A stretch of 64,000 nt of DNA, from the NCBI GenBank assembly GCA_963775295.1, contig CAVZIK010000006.1:762218-826217 (forward strand). The letters run 5' to 3'. Within the stretch, counting starts at the first letter, position 1. Every line of letters starts with the position of its first letter. The DNA is from an uncultured Actinomycetes bacterium (GTDB lineage Bacteria; Actinomycetota; Thermoleophilia; RBG-16-64-13). Positions 26,984-37,411 of the stretch are shown here, piece after piece. Made by a program: the position numbers and the translations under genes. The notes under the pieces are model-generated. The model saw nothing but the letters and a program-made list of their open reading frames with translations, did no database searches and had not been told where the DNA came from.

Positions 26984-28842
26984 TGGACAGAGGCGATCTG
27001 GACGAGCGCCTGCGTGAGGTCTATGAATCTAATGCGCCGATGGTCGATGAGACCGAATTTGCTTCCCGGCTAAGAAGGAAGTCCAATGTTCACCGGACTC
27101 ATCTGGCCCACGACGCTCGCCCTCGGCGGACTCTGATCATCGCCCTTGCGTCCCTGGTCCTAGTCGCGGCGGTCGCCGTTGGCGCGTACGAAGCAGTACT
27201 TCACCTGGAGCAGGGCAAGAGGGTGGTGGTCATCAACGACGACAGCATGAGCCCCAACGGTTCGGCTGCAGGCGCAAATCAGGTGCTACTCGAAAAGGCA
27301 CTCACCTGGATCGAGGCGGCCCCGACCAAAGTCACATTTGGTCCCTACACGATTGCCTACGGAGCGCAGGCTAAGGTGGCCGAGGTGACGGTCGATCCTC
27401 ACCCTAGCGGCGAGCCGCTCCTCTCTGGCCCGGTCTGGTGGTCGTCGGACACCGACTACTACATTCAGGACGGTACAGGTGGCCCTCCCCAGCACGTCAC
27501 CCCGAGTATGGCGCAAGAGATGAGCACGCAGACCTACCCGGGTGCCTCATCAGGGGCCAGTCTCTTGGCCATCTTGAGGATGGTCTTCGATCCTCATCGG
27601 CTTCTACAAAAGTCGCTGGTCACAAAAGCAGCGAAGGAAGCAGACGGCACGTGGGACCTCGAGGCCACGATCACCGCCAGGGATCTCATCGGGCTGGACA
27701 TTCCCGATCAGATTCTCTTGGCGGGCACCGGGATATCTCCCTCGAAGGTTCTTCGGACCACTCTCAAGCTGGGCGCAGACGGTGGCATCCACGCTATGTC
27801 GACGCTATTCAGCGATTCGGCCTCAGATGCGACAAACTATGTCTGGGCAAGGAGCTCGACTGAGCCTTCTCTCCCGAGTGCGTCGGTCGAAATGGACCAG
27901 ACCCTCCGACAGAGCGCTTTTCTCGGGGGCTGGCGGGCAAGCCTTGCAGATGCGGCCAAAGACATCGGCTTCCCCGTCTACTCGCTGGGCGAGACCTATC
28001 TCGGCTTGAGTCTGCGGCTTATACACGTCGAACTCACCTACAAACCGACGATTGCACTCTTGCTCGAATACGACCCGGGCCAGAAGGCGGCTCCTCTCGG
28101 GACCGCGACCACTGTAGCCGCTGGGGAGACGACCACTAGCGGAGCTAGCGGGGAATCCCTCGCCCCTGGGGGGTTCGTGCTCTTCGAGTATCCCGACTCC
28201 AACGTGCCCGATGGCGAGAAGTCGTTCGTGGCCAAGAAGATCTTGCTGAAGACGGTTTCGCACGGTGGCGAGACGTACTCCATCTACACCACGCCGAAAG
28301 GGAAGCCTGGCCGCTCGATCCTCGTGAAGGCAGGTACGACCTACGTCTCCATCGAGCGCTCCGGAGGCGGGACGGGGGATGCCACGGATGAGTTAGTCGC
28401 CGCAGCCGAGGCGCTTCAAAGAGTCGGTACCTCCGACGATCAGTCGTCGTCCACAAGCCAGTCTGATTCGCGCACTCTGGCTGGTCTGAACGCTGTTCGC
28501 CTGGACATGGCTCCACGCGTGGGAGTCCATCTGCAGGCACACCTAGGCCAGGCCTCCGGTTCGGACAGTGTGTCGCTCCGGCTCATGGTCAAGAACAACA
28601 GCGACTCCGCCTTCTCTTTCAGCGTGGATGACTTCACCCTCTACATTGACGGCTCCCCGCTAAAAGCAAAGGCCCAGGTTCACCAGCCGGACACGGTGCT
28701 AGTCCAGCCCGGCGACACGGCCGTCGTGGAGGGAGGCTACTTCTGGCTTCTGTCGAGTCCGACTTCAAAGAGCAGTGGTCTGTTCTACGCTTCGAGCGAC
28801 CCAGGGAGCGCCGGTTTCAACAAGATGGTGAGCGCACAATGA
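26980..28842 (+). CDS. anti-sigma factor copy 3 with a large (about 540 aa) extracytoplasmic domain; C-terminal domain shared with 19116-21455
   Basis: Overlaps the sigma stop; N-terminus DERLREVYESNAPMVDETEFASRLRRK then a TM helix LIIALASLVLVAAVAVGAY. Confidence 0.7.
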   Translation: MMDRGDLDERLREVYESNAPMVDETEFASRLRRKSNVHRTHLAHDARPRRTLIIALASLVLVAAVAVGAYEAVLHLEQGKRVVVINDDSMSPNGSAAGANQVLLEKALTWIEAAPTKVTFGPYTIAYGAQAKVAEVTVDPHPSGEPLLSGPVWWSSDTDYYIQDGTGGPPQHVTPSMAQEMSTQTYPGASSGASLLAILRMVFDPHRLLQKSLVTKAAKEADGTWDLEATITARDLIGLDIPDQILLAGTGISPSKVLRTTLKLGADGGIHAMSTLFSDSASDATNYVWARSSTEPSLPSASVEMDQTLRQSAFLGGWRASLADAAKDIGFPVYSLGETYLGLSLRLIHVELTYKPTIALLLEYDPGQKAAPLGTATTVAAGETTTSGASGESLAPGGFVLFEYPDSNVPDGEKSFVAKKILLKTVSHGGETYSIYTTPKGKPGRSILVKAGTTYVSIERSGGGTGDATDELVAAAEALQRVGTSDDQSSSTSQSDSRTLAGLNAVRLDMAPRVGVHLQAHLGQASGSDSVSLRLMVKNNSDSAFSFSVDDFTLYIDGSPLKAKAQVHQPDTVLVQPGDTAVVEGGYFWLLSSPTSKSSGLFYASSDPGSAGFNKMVSAQ

Positions 28843-29381
28843 GGACCATTCAAGAACAGGGCATCGATTCCGAGCGCCGTTCTCAGGCTCGCAGCGGGAC
28901 CATGTGGCTTCGCTATCTCGGGATCATACAGGAGTGTGGCATGGTGCGAAGCACAAGACTTGGACAACGTCAAGCGATGCTAACTGCCGTGGCTATCCTC
29001 GCCTGGGCTTTGATCGTCGCTGTGGTTTTCGGCGTCCTTGATATCACACTTCCTGGGGGGAGCGGAGCTGCACTTAGTTTGGTACTCATCCCCGTCTATC
29101 TGGCTGCGCCTCTGGCGGCACTACTATTTGCCGCAATTTCGCGGACGACTGATGAGCGACGGGTTGAGAATCGGGCCACTCTTCTCTCCGTGATACTCCC
29201 GATAGTCCCAACGGTGCTTGTGGCACTGTGGGGAGAGAGTCACTACAATCTATCTGTCGGCGACGCGGTCATTGGAGCAGTTGGAATCATTGCCGCTGGA
29301 TCTATATTCGAGGTGCTCATCGGCTACTGGTTTGCCGGGTTTGGCCTTCGATTCGCGAAAACTCGGCACCTTCGCATGTGA
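28839..29381 (+). CDS. small polytopic membrane protein (paralog of 41779-42072; shared WLRYLGII motif)
   Basis: ATGA overlap with the anti-sigma stop; four hydrophobic helices. Confidence 0.5.
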   Translation: MRTIQEQGIDSERRSQARSGTMWLRYLGIIQECGMVRSTRLGQRQAMLTAVAILAWALIVAVVFGVLDITLPGGSGAALSLVLIPVYLAAPLAALLFAAISRTTDERRVENRATLLSVILPIVPTVLVALWGESHYNLSVGDAVIGAVGIIAAGSIFEVLIGYWFAGFGLRFAKTRHLRM

Positions 29382-30231
29382 CCCTATTGGATCTTGGCGT
29401 CGTGCGCAGAGCACATGCTTGTTGAGGTCAACCCGCCTGATACTTGGGCGGGCTGACCTCGCAAAACTGAGGCTTTCAAAAACTCCAGATTACTCAGGTT
29501 GTCGGCGAATACCATTGAATCAACGTATGGATCTTGGGTTCCATCAAGGTTCCTCTGCTATGCGGTGGACTTGCAGGAGCACGGCTGGGTGGGTATGTCG
29601 CCTCACTAGACCAGATGGGATCGATGCACTCCCGCCGAGTGACCTATCTAATCGATCAGCCGTCAGGCTCCGGTGGCGTTTCGTCCGAAAAGGTTGACAC
29701 GGTCCGAATAACAGCAACCGATGCAAACGGTAATGAGGGCTGTCATACATTGAAACCATGATTGCTCATTTGCAGGCAACGCTGAAGCGATAGGACATGC
29801 CTTCGGGTCAATTCGAACCGACACAAGGATTAGGAATTCCCGAGATTAACGTCCGCTGTGTGCCACAGAGGCCCGTGTGCTCGTATAACGTGCCCGCCGC
29901 GCATCGGGATGTATCGCCCCCATTCGCGGGTTTGGCTGTCAGTTTGGCTGTCAACCTGACCGTTCGTTACTCAAAACCCTGTTCGTCTGAGCAATGGCGC
30001 GGCTTGTCCCAACGCAGGGCGTCCTTTGCAGCGAGGCGAGGGACTGGGGGCTTCCGGAAACTCCGCGGAATCGCTCAACCATGCTCTTGGCCGGCGCTTG
30101 TGTTCGATAACCTAAAAGTTGACCACTTGGAGGCCGTTCGTTCATCGAAAAGTTGACCACCTTCAATACAAGTCCTGTACCGTCTTCCCCTCTTGGGAAC
30201 TGGCGGGACAGGGGGAAGGCATGTGCTGAAG

Positions 30232-31683
30232 ATGGTCGACGTGGAGTTCATCAAGAAGAAGCGCGAAAACGAGGGCTGGCCGATCCGCAAGATCGCCCGG
30301 CAGCTCGAAGTGTCCAGGCAGACAGTGCGAAAGGTGCTGGCCTCCCCGGCCGAGCCGTTTCGTTATCAACAGAGAGTTTCCCGTCCCCGTCCGGTCATGG
30401 GACCCTATCTCCCCGTGATCGAACGCTGGCTCACCGAGGATGAGACCGCTCCTCGCAAACAGCGTCACACGGCCAAGCGCGTCTATGACCGTCTGGTCGC
30501 GGAATACGACTTCCCCGGTTCAGAGGTGACCGTGCGCCGGGCGGTGCGCAGCCTTCGGGGTCGGCGCACCCAGGTCTTCGTGCCCCTGGAGGCGGTGCCG
30601 GGCAAAGTGGCTCAAGCTGACTTCGGCCAAGCTCACGTGATGATCGCCGGGGCGGTGCAGAAGGTCTTCGTCTTCTGTCTGCGGGCCAAACACTCCAAGG
30701 TGTCATTTGCCGTGGCTTATCCCACCGAGAAGCTGGAAGCCTTCCTGGATGGTCACGTCAGGGGTCTTGAGTTCTTCGGCGGGATCTTCCGTGAGATTTG
30801 GTATGACAACCCCAAGACCGCCGTCAGCAAGATCCTTTCCGGCCCGTATCGCATCGAGCACGAGCACTTCAGTCGCCTGCGCGCCCACTACCTCTTTGAC
30901 AGCTCCTTCTGCACTCCGGGAGAGGCCCACGAGAAAGGCTCGGTGGAGAACCTGGTGGGATACGTGCGCCGGAATGCCCTCGTGCCGGCGTCGAAGCCCT
31001 TTGCTTCGCTGGAGGCGCTGAACCTCCACCTACGCGCCTTCTGCGAGCGGGAACGGGTTCGGCATGCCGGCGGGTGGGCTCTGGAGGAGACGGCACTGAA
31101 ACCGCTTCCTCTCCACGCTTTCCGGGCCGCCACCTCGCGGCCGGTTTCGGTCTCCAAGACCGCTCTTGTGCGCATCGACCACAATCGCTACTCGGTGCCG
31201 GCCGTTCACGCCGGCCGCCTGCTTCGGGCCGAGGTCTACGTGGACAAAGTGGAGATCTACGTCGCCGACGCCCTCATCGCTGCCCACCCCCGCAGCTACC
31301 AGCGCGGGGAGACCTTCCTTGAGCTCTCCCACTATCTCCCCGTCTTTGCCCGCAAGCCCCGGGCGGCCGGATGCTGCGCCGCTCTTTCCCAGGCCGATCC
31401 GGTGTTCATTCGCACCCGGGACCTGCTGCTGCGTGAACCGGGCGGATACCGGGTCTTCGCCGAGATCCTCATGTTGGGGATGCGATTCGATCTGGATGTT
31501 CTGGCCCAAGCCCTCGAAGAGTGCCTGAGCTCAGGGAGACTATCGGTCGAGGGTGTCCACCAGCGCTGCCTTAACCTGATGCATGTGCCCCCGGGCCCAG
31601 TGATGGTGCCTGAGCTGTTGGCTCTGCGCCTTCCCCGGCCGGATCTTAGCCGCTATGACGCCCTTACGGCGGTGGCCCGATGA
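30232..31683 (+). CDS. istA: IS21 transposase IstA
   Basis: HTH N-terminus plus DDE core (…WYDNPKTAV…); alternative start GTG 30223 (track 30193); the stop overlaps the istB start. Confidence 0.9.
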   Translation: MVDVEFIKKKRENEGWPIRKIARQLEVSRQTVRKVLASPAEPFRYQQRVSRPRPVMGPYLPVIERWLTEDETAPRKQRHTAKRVYDRLVAEYDFPGSEVTVRRAVRSLRGRRTQVFVPLEAVPGKVAQADFGQAHVMIAGAVQKVFVFCLRAKHSKVSFAVAYPTEKLEAFLDGHVRGLEFFGGIFREIWYDNPKTAVSKILSGPYRIEHEHFSRLRAHYLFDSSFCTPGEAHEKGSVENLVGYVRRNALVPASKPFASLEALNLHLRAFCERERVRHAGGWALEETALKPLPLHAFRAATSRPVSVSKTALVRIDHNRYSVPAVHAGRLLRAEVYVDKVEIYVADALIAAHPRSYQRGETFLELSHYLPVFARKPRAAGCCAALSQADPVFIRTRDLLLREPGGYRVFAEILMLGMRFDLDVLAQALEECLSSGRLSVEGVHQRCLNLMHVPPGPVMVPELLALRLPRPDLSRYDALTAVAR

Positions 31684-32438
31684 ACGCGGAAGTGGTCGCA
31701 GCCCAGGTCAAGCTCTACGCGCAGGAACTCAAGATGCCGGGATTGCGCGTCCACTTCGAGGAGATCGCCCGGGAGGCACGAGGCACCGGGGAATCCCACG
31801 AGGCGTATCTCGTTGCCTGTCTGCGCGCCGAGATCGAGTCCCGGCGGGAGCATCGGCTCCAAGATCGCTTAAAACAAGCCCGCTTTCCTCACCGCAAGAC
31901 CCTGGATGAGTTCGACTTCGCGTTGGTCCCGTCCGTGCCCAAAGAGGAAATCCTAAGCCTGGCCCAAGGTGAGTTTGTCCGCACCCGAGAGAACGTCATC
32001 CTTCTGGGGGCAAGCGGCACCGGCAAGACCCACCTGGCGCAAGCCATTGGACACGCCGCCATCTACGCCGGCGCTCGGGTGCGATTTACGAGCGCCGTTG
32101 CACTGGCGCAGGAGCTGCTCGCGGCTCAGGATGAGCATCGTCTGCCTCGGTATCTCAAGAGCTGGCAGAAGACCGACCTGGCCATCGTGGATGAGCTCGG
32201 ATATCTGGGTCTGGGGCCGGGAGGCCCCTTGCTCTTTCAGTTCTTCGCCGAGCGTTACGAGAAAGGATCTGTGCTCGTGACCTCCAACCTGGAGTTCTCC
32301 CGCTGGAGCGAGGTCTTCGGCGATCCGGTGCTGACCGCCGCCCTTCTTGATCGCCTCACCCACCACAGCCACATCCTGGTGTTCGAGGGAGAGTCCTACA
32401 GGTTCAGGGAGAGCCAGAAGCAGAAGACGAGATCTTAA
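31680..32438 (+). CDS. istB: IS21 ATP-binding helper IstB
   Basis: Walker A ILLGASGTGKTHLAQAIG; Walker B DLAIVDELGY. Confidence 0.9.
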   Translation: MNAEVVAAQVKLYAQELKMPGLRVHFEEIAREARGTGESHEAYLVACLRAEIESRREHRLQDRLKQARFPHRKTLDEFDFALVPSVPKEEILSLAQGEFVRTRENVILLGASGTGKTHLAQAIGHAAIYAGARVRFTSAVALAQELLAAQDEHRLPRYLKSWQKTDLAIVDELGYLGLGPGGPLLFQFFAERYEKGSVLVTSNLEFSRWSEVFGDPVLTAALLDRLTHHSHILVFEGESYRFRESQKQKTRS

Positions 32439-32860
32439 GAAGTGACTGGGGTGGTCAACTTTTCGATGATCGAGGTGGTCAAGTTTTCGGTTGACGAACA
32501 CAGCGCTGTTATGAATTTGGGCAACGGTGCGGTCGTGAACGTCGGAAAGAAAATGTCGCAATTTGCGAACTTTGTCGCGGTCTCCGCCCCCATCGAGTAA
32601 GAAATGCAGCCGTGCCGTACACCTCGTGCATGGACGGACTCCGGACCGTCAAGCCGCCACCAGGCATATGCAACCGACTGAGAAAGGGGGTCAGCTGTCA
32701 ACAAACCAAGGAGCAAGCACGAGGGCACCAAGTCACAATGAGAAAGGCCGTAGGCAGGGTGTCCAAGGGAAAGAGGCCTGGCAGGAGCCCTGGAAGCGGT
32801 CTGGCCTCGGGCTTGCGCGATTCCACCACGTTGGTGTCGATAGATCCGAAGGAGGGATAA

Positions 32861-33649
32861 GTGAAACGCAGATACGTCTTACTCGTGCTATTGTGCGCGT
32901 TCGTCGTGGTGTTTGTGACGGCAAATGGGGCAGTAGCATTTGCCCAGCCTGGGTCTGAAGTAGTTGCCGCGACCGCGCTCGGTACTGTCGAACGCTTGGC
33001 CCCAAGTGACGGCATGGTCCGCTATCGCGCCATTCTGAACGACGGCTGCTGTGCGTTTTTGTTGATGACCGACGCAAATGGATCGCTAGCGGTGAGGTTT
33101 TTTGCCACGCCCGAGGCCTTTGAGGCCGCGAAGATCGCTGCGGGCATCGACAGCGCTCAGAAACCAGCGGGCGAGAGAGACTCAGCCTCTTCGATGGTAT
33201 CGGATGGCGGATCGACGAGTATTTCAAGTCCGACGGGGCTATCTCCGCTCTCGATGGGTCCCGGATGGCATACCGTCAGGGCAGAAGGACTAATAGGCTC
33301 TGGCATCTACCCGGCCAACGACCTCCAATCCATGCTGACTTATTACTCTGACAGCGGGGTTTCGCAGGGCTCCTGGTGGGCGAACGCAATTTGGTGGCCG
33401 TACTGGACCTACGATGGTAGTTCCAGCAACTCGCTGTATAAAGCGCCTGATAGCTCTTACTACAGATACGACTGTACCCAGCATTTCAAAGTGACGAGTG
33501 GCGGAACGACGTACCATAACTCTATACAGAACACTATCCGTGGGTATTCGGGTGGCAGTTGGGGCGTGTGGTTCGTGATAAACATTGATTCGCGACTCAC
33601 CAACTACTGGTCCTACGGCTACTCAAACAACAACGGCTGGATGTACTAG
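32861..33649 (+). CDS. secreted Tyr/Trp/Ser-rich hypothetical protein (lower-GC island cargo)
   Basis: RBS AAGGAGGGA plus GTG; signal peptide LLVLLCAFVVVFVTANGAVAFA; local GC clearly lower than the flanks. Confidence 0.55.
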   Translation: MKRRYVLLVLLCAFVVVFVTANGAVAFAQPGSEVVAATALGTVERLAPSDGMVRYRAILNDGCCAFLLMTDANGSLAVRFFATPEAFEAAKIAAGIDSAQKPAGERDSASSMVSDGGSTSISSPTGLSPLSMGPGWHTVRAEGLIGSGIYPANDLQSMLTYYSDSGVSQGSWWANAIWWPYWTYDGSSSNSLYKAPDSSYYRYDCTQHFKVTSGGTTYHNSIQNTIRGYSGGSWGVWFVINIDSRLTNYWSYGYSNNNGWMY

Positions 33650-33848
33650 GCCTGTGTCCGCAGGTTCTGCCAGGCCACGGCCAGGTCGGGCTGGTTGTCA
33701 CTCACGGTTGATGTTGGCATAGTAGGGCCAGCGTTTGAGTGACTGAATCGCGCATGCGTGTCGTCGGGCTGCTCGAGATCCGGCGACACACATGCATCTG
33801 CTTGAGTGATGTGCTGAAAGAGACCATGCACGGATGCTTGGAGGGAAT

Positions 33849-34253
33849 ATGAGGCTGCGACCTGTTGCGTTTCTCGCCCTTGTAGTTTGCTTAACCCTGT
33901 TCGCTATCGTTTTACTCAGCGCCTGCGGCTCAGCCAATCCGCTTCAGGCTCAGATTGAGACTAAGGTATCTGTCGATGAGGCCACTAACCACGCGACCAT
34001 CCAGATCAAATCGACCGGCGGCTGGATCGACATAGCCTTGTTTATGACCGATCCGGAGGGCAAGCGCCAGCCTCTCCTTACTGGTAACGTCGGCGCGGCC
34101 GGCGGGACCATTGACACCGGCGAACTCTCCCCCGGCATCTACACCTATATGGTCTACGCCAAGCCCCAGGAGCCCGGAGGCAGTGCCATACTGCCCGATA
34201 GCGAAATCAGCCCAGAAAACCTCGCGGCCACCGGGACGTTCACCATCCCGTAA
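33849..34253 (+). CDS. putative lipoprotein (lipobox LLSAC)
   Basis: ORF track 33834; ATG 33849 followed by a signal peptide and lipobox. Confidence 0.5.
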   Translation: MRLRPVAFLALVVCLTLFAIVLLSACGSANPLQAQIETKVSVDEATNHATIQIKSTGGWIDIALFMTDPEGKRQPLLTGNVGAAGGTIDTGELSPGIYTYMVYAKPQEPGGSAILPDSEISPENLAATGTFTIP

Positions 34254-34339
34254 GGGGAAACGCGTGATTGGTCCGGCCCCCAGAATGAGTACTGTCTGAA
34301 GTGTTAGGGTTTCCACGAACGCAAAGGAGACCCAGGAAC

Positions 34340-34483
34340 ATGAAACAGTCGAGATTCACCGAGGCTCAGATCGTCGCCATCCTCCAGGAAGCAGATGCCC
34401 AAGGGGCGTCGGCAAGAGAGGTGTGCAACCGTCACGGAGTCTGCGAGCAGACCTTCTATCGGTGGCGCAGACACGACTCCTGA
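34340..34483 (+). pseudogene. remnant of an IS3-family transposase OrfA (HTH N-terminus only, 47 codons)
   Basis: MKQSRFTEAQIVAILQEADAQGASAREVCNRHGVCEQTFYRWRR matches the IS3/IS407-group OrfA N-terminus; no orfB follows. Confidence 0.6.
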
Positions 34484-34552
34484 TCTCGCCGAAGTGGTGC
34501 GGGGGGAAAGGCGCATTGTGTCATTAAGCTTGGGGTCAAGCTGAAACTGTGG

Positions 34553-34813
34553 GTGAAGGCTGGGCATGTTGCCGACGTTGGGACGGTCGACATCTGGTTT
34601 CGCGACACCCATGACTACGGGACCGCACCTGGCAAGCGGGTCGACATATCAGACAGGTGGTTTGTTTGGAAGATCAACGAGCCTTTTCAAGAGGTCGGCA
34701 AGTTGCGGGGGGCGCTACGAGACGCGGAGATCGGCGTGGTGAAGAACCCCTACGCCATAGTCAATCGAATGAAGACTGGGGAGTACGGGGGCTTTTATCC
34801 GCGGTTTGAATAG
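34553..34813 (+). CDS. hypothetical small protein
   Basis: ORF track only. Confidence 0.3.
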   Translation: MKAGHVADVGTVDIWFRDTHDYGTAPGKRVDISDRWFVWKINEPFQEVGKLRGALRDAEIGVVKNPYAIVNRMKTGEYGGFYPRFE

Positions 34814-34869
34814 TGAATCTCGTACCCATGATGCAACCCCGTGACGCCTGGCGGAACGTCCTGCGACGC

Positions 34870-35778
34870 CTACCCAGCGCCGAGTAGTGCGTCCATCCGC
34901 GCGGCCGTCTCACCCCGTTGCTCAGGAAGAACATGGCTGTAGACATTCAAGGTCGTCCCGATCTCTGAGTGCCCGAGAAACTCCTGCACCAGTTTGGGGT
35001 CGAGCCCCTGGGCTAGGAGCAGTGTCGCGCAGGTATGCCGGAGGTCATGGAAGCGCATGATGCGAAGCCCAGCGTCCTTCAGGATCTGCTTGAACCGATG
35101 GCTAAGGACCGATCCGTTGAGGGGTTGCCCCTTGTCGGTCGTGAAGACCAGTCCACCCCACTCGTTCCACTCCGGCCCGGCTGCAAGTCTCTCTGCTGCT
35201 TGACGGGCACGGTGAGCCTTGAGTGCTGTTACAGCTATCTTGGGGATCATGATGGTGCGCCGACTCTGCTTGGTCTTAGGTTCGGCGAGCGCATACTCTC
35301 CGTCCAGCCGGTTGAGAGCATGATGCACTGAGAGGGTGGCATGCTCCAGGTCGAGGTCCTGCCAGCGAAGACCAAGGATCTCCCCTTTGCGCAGCCCAGA
35401 GGATAGGGCGAGGATGAAGAGGGCCTCCAGACGATCGCCAGCTGCCGTCTCCAAGAACGTTCTTGCCTCCTCGGGAGCAAGCGGAGTCACCTGCTTCTGG
35501 GCTCCCCGGGGTGGACGAACGAGCTGAGCGGCGTTGCGGGCCACAGAGCCCATGCGTAGACCCTCGTTCAAGGCCGCCCGCGAGGTGGCATGGATGATCT
35601 GGACCGACTGGCCCGAGAGGCCTTCCTTCTGCTTCTTGTTGAGCAGCGCCTGGACCTCCCGGGTGTGAGCTTCGCCAGCTTGATCTTGCCCAGGTGCGGT
35701 TTCAGATGGAGCCGGACTGCCTGCTCGCTTCTCATATAGGTAGAAGGCCGGACATATGATGAGGTAGAGGCGTAGCAT
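34870..35778 (-). pseudogene. tyrosine recombinase (phage-integrase family), 5'-truncated: catalytic and core-binding domains are present, the N-terminal arm-binding domain is absent, and the first ~17 codons are read from the regulon motif sequence
   Basis: Catalytic motifs …RRTIMIP…, HDLRHTCATLLLAQG, …LGHSEIGTTLNVYSH; the N-terminus MLRLYLIICPAFYL is the complement of CCGGACATATGATGAGGTAGAGGCG. Confidence 0.7.
35746..35770 (+). promoter_or_regulatory. regulon motif copy 7, downstream half only (GGCCGGACATATGATGAGGTAGAGG); the -35-like half is missing at the island junction
   Basis: Matches copies 3, 8 and 9 from CCGGACAT onward; the upstream GGTAATGCTTTCGG part is absent. Confidence 0.4.
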
Positions 35779-35832
35779 GAAACAGGCGCGCGGCAGTGAT
35801 GACCCTGTTTCGCCCGAGAGGAGCTTCAGAGG

Positions 35833-36012
35833 ATGAAGATCATCTTCCTGGCCCTCGCCATCTCGATGATGATGGCTGGGTTTGCACCGCTTGCTGCGGA
35901 CAAGGAGTCAGCGATAGCAGTCCTTTTGGCCGGCGCAACATCAGCCGTCCTGGGCCTAGAGGCGGCACAAGAGGAGAATCATCGGGAAATGATCGAACTG
36001 ATGGAGCCGTGA
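35833..36012 (+). CDS. possible small membrane protein (59 aa; MKIIFLALAISMMMAGFAPLAA…)
   Basis: Not in the track (below 60 aa); RBS AGAGG 4 nt upstream; ends 2 nt before the next gene. Confidence 0.3.
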   Translation: MKIIFLALAISMMMAGFAPLAADKESAIAVLLAGATSAVLGLEAAQEENHREMIELMEP

Positions 36013-36014
36013 CC

Positions 36015-37073
36015 ATGTGGTGTGAGAGCATGACAAGTGCCGAACGGATGGACGCCCTGTGGGAGGGTGAACGGCCCGACCGGGTGCCGGTTACGCCGCT
36101 CCTGCTGGGCCACGCCGCTGTTGTCTGTGGCGAGCCTCTCGCCCGCATCTACGACGATGCTGAGCAGAGCTTTCGCTGCCAGACGCTGACACTCGACATG
36201 TATGGCTTTGACGGGATTGTTTTCTGTCCAATCAGCGCGGCCAGCGTCTCGGCATTCGGCGGGGACATGGCGTTCCCGCTCAAGAAATACCAGGGAGCTC
36301 CGTTCGTGACGCGCACTCCTGTTCAGATCGAGGATGACGTCTACTCACTCCAAGTGCCTGAAGACATCACCAAGGTAGACGCCCTAGCCATTGCCCTAGG
36401 CTTGGCCCGCAGACAGGCTGAACGTGGTCTGAGGGTCAGCATGGCTATCCCTGGTCCCCTCGAACTAGCGGGTCAGCTCTTGGGCACAGACCGCCTGATG
36501 ACGTGGCTTCTGAAAAAGCCCGAGCTGGTACACCACGTGTTGGAGAAGGCTTTGGCCTTCGACATCAGAGTCGCTGAGCATTACGTGAAGGAGTTCGGAG
36601 CAGAGAGGTTGGTGGGCTTCCTGGCGACTCCCACATCTTCCAACGCGCTCATTTCTCCCAAGCAGTTTGAAACCTTCGCGCTCCCTTATTTGCAGAAGGT
36701 GTTCGCCCGGATATTGGAACTCGGCGTGAAGCCTTTCCTCGTCCATATCTGCGGCGAGCACAACAAGAACCTCAAGTACTGGCAGCAGGTTCCCATGACC
36801 AAGCAGACCATACTTAGCTTCGGTCGGGAGGTTAGCTTGGCGACGGTCATGGACATGTTCCCCGATCAGATCATCGCCGGCAACGTCGATCCCACGCTCA
36901 TCCAGGAGGGGAAGGCGGAGGAGGTGCTCGAGCAGTCTCGCGAGTGCATCGAGACGGCGAAGGATCACACGGCCCGCTTCATTCTCATGGCAGGATGCGA
37001 CGTGCCCCCGCAAGCGCCTCCGGTCAACGTGTTCCAGTTGGTCAAGGCCGCTAGGGAGTATGGGAGGTATTAG
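36015..37073 (+). CDS. uroporphyrinogen-decarboxylase (URO-D) family protein / MtaA-CmuA-like methyltransferase
   Basis: 352 aa from ATG 36015; overall URO-D fold pattern (…RPDRVPV…, …FDGIVF…, C-terminus …ILMAGCDVPP…); the family call is tentative. Confidence 0.6.
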   Translation: MWCESMTSAERMDALWEGERPDRVPVTPLLLGHAAVVCGEPLARIYDDAEQSFRCQTLTLDMYGFDGIVFCPISAASVSAFGGDMAFPLKKYQGAPFVTRTPVQIEDDVYSLQVPEDITKVDALAIALGLARRQAERGLRVSMAIPGPLELAGQLLGTDRLMTWLLKKPELVHHVLEKALAFDIRVAEHYVKEFGAERLVGFLATPTSSNALISPKQFETFALPYLQKVFARILELGVKPFLVHICGEHNKNLKYWQQVPMTKQTILSFGREVSLATVMDMFPDQIIAGNVDPTLIQEGKAEEVLEQSRECIETAKDHTARFILMAGCDVPPQAPPVNVFQLVKAAREYGRY

Positions 37074-37411
37074 CCCGTCGTGGTCGGTGGTCTTAGATAC
37101 TGAAGACAGACCGAGAAAGGTACAAGTAGACCGCGCATGGGTCGTCCAAGCTGGCGACCATGCCTATTAAGGCGTCTTCCTCGAGGGCGGCGGTGTCGAC
37201 TGCTTGATAGTAGGAGTCCTCGAGATGTCACGAGCGTGGCCAAGACACGGACCGGCAAATGATCTGACCTCGGCAATCCCTTCTGGAGTTAAGGGGTTCA
37301 AAGTTGCCGATTCGGTCCTCATAAGCGCCTGGGGGTCCTCTTGACCGAGAAGGCAGAGATAGGTGACAATGACCTGCCAATGCTTCTGTCCTAGGACTCG
37401 CTGGGGGGCAA

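Larger units (their letters stand above)
30099..32502 (+). mobile_element. IS21-family insertion sequence (2404 bp) with multiple terminal repeats and 5-bp target-site duplication GCGCT
   Basis: IRL TGTGTTCGATAACCTAAAAGTTGACCAC… with a second AAAAGTTGACCAC at 30152. IRR …GTGGTCAACTTTT…GTGGTCAAGTTTTCGGTTGACGAACACA. GCGCT flanks both ends (30094-30098 and 32503-32507). Confidence 0.85.

Noticed and set aside
29790-29835. Possible tRNA-like T-arm (GGGTCAATTCGAACCG) at the left edge of the low-GC island
   Set aside because: No acceptor stem or anticodon arm could be built by eye, so it is probably chance. A tRNAscan run would settle it.
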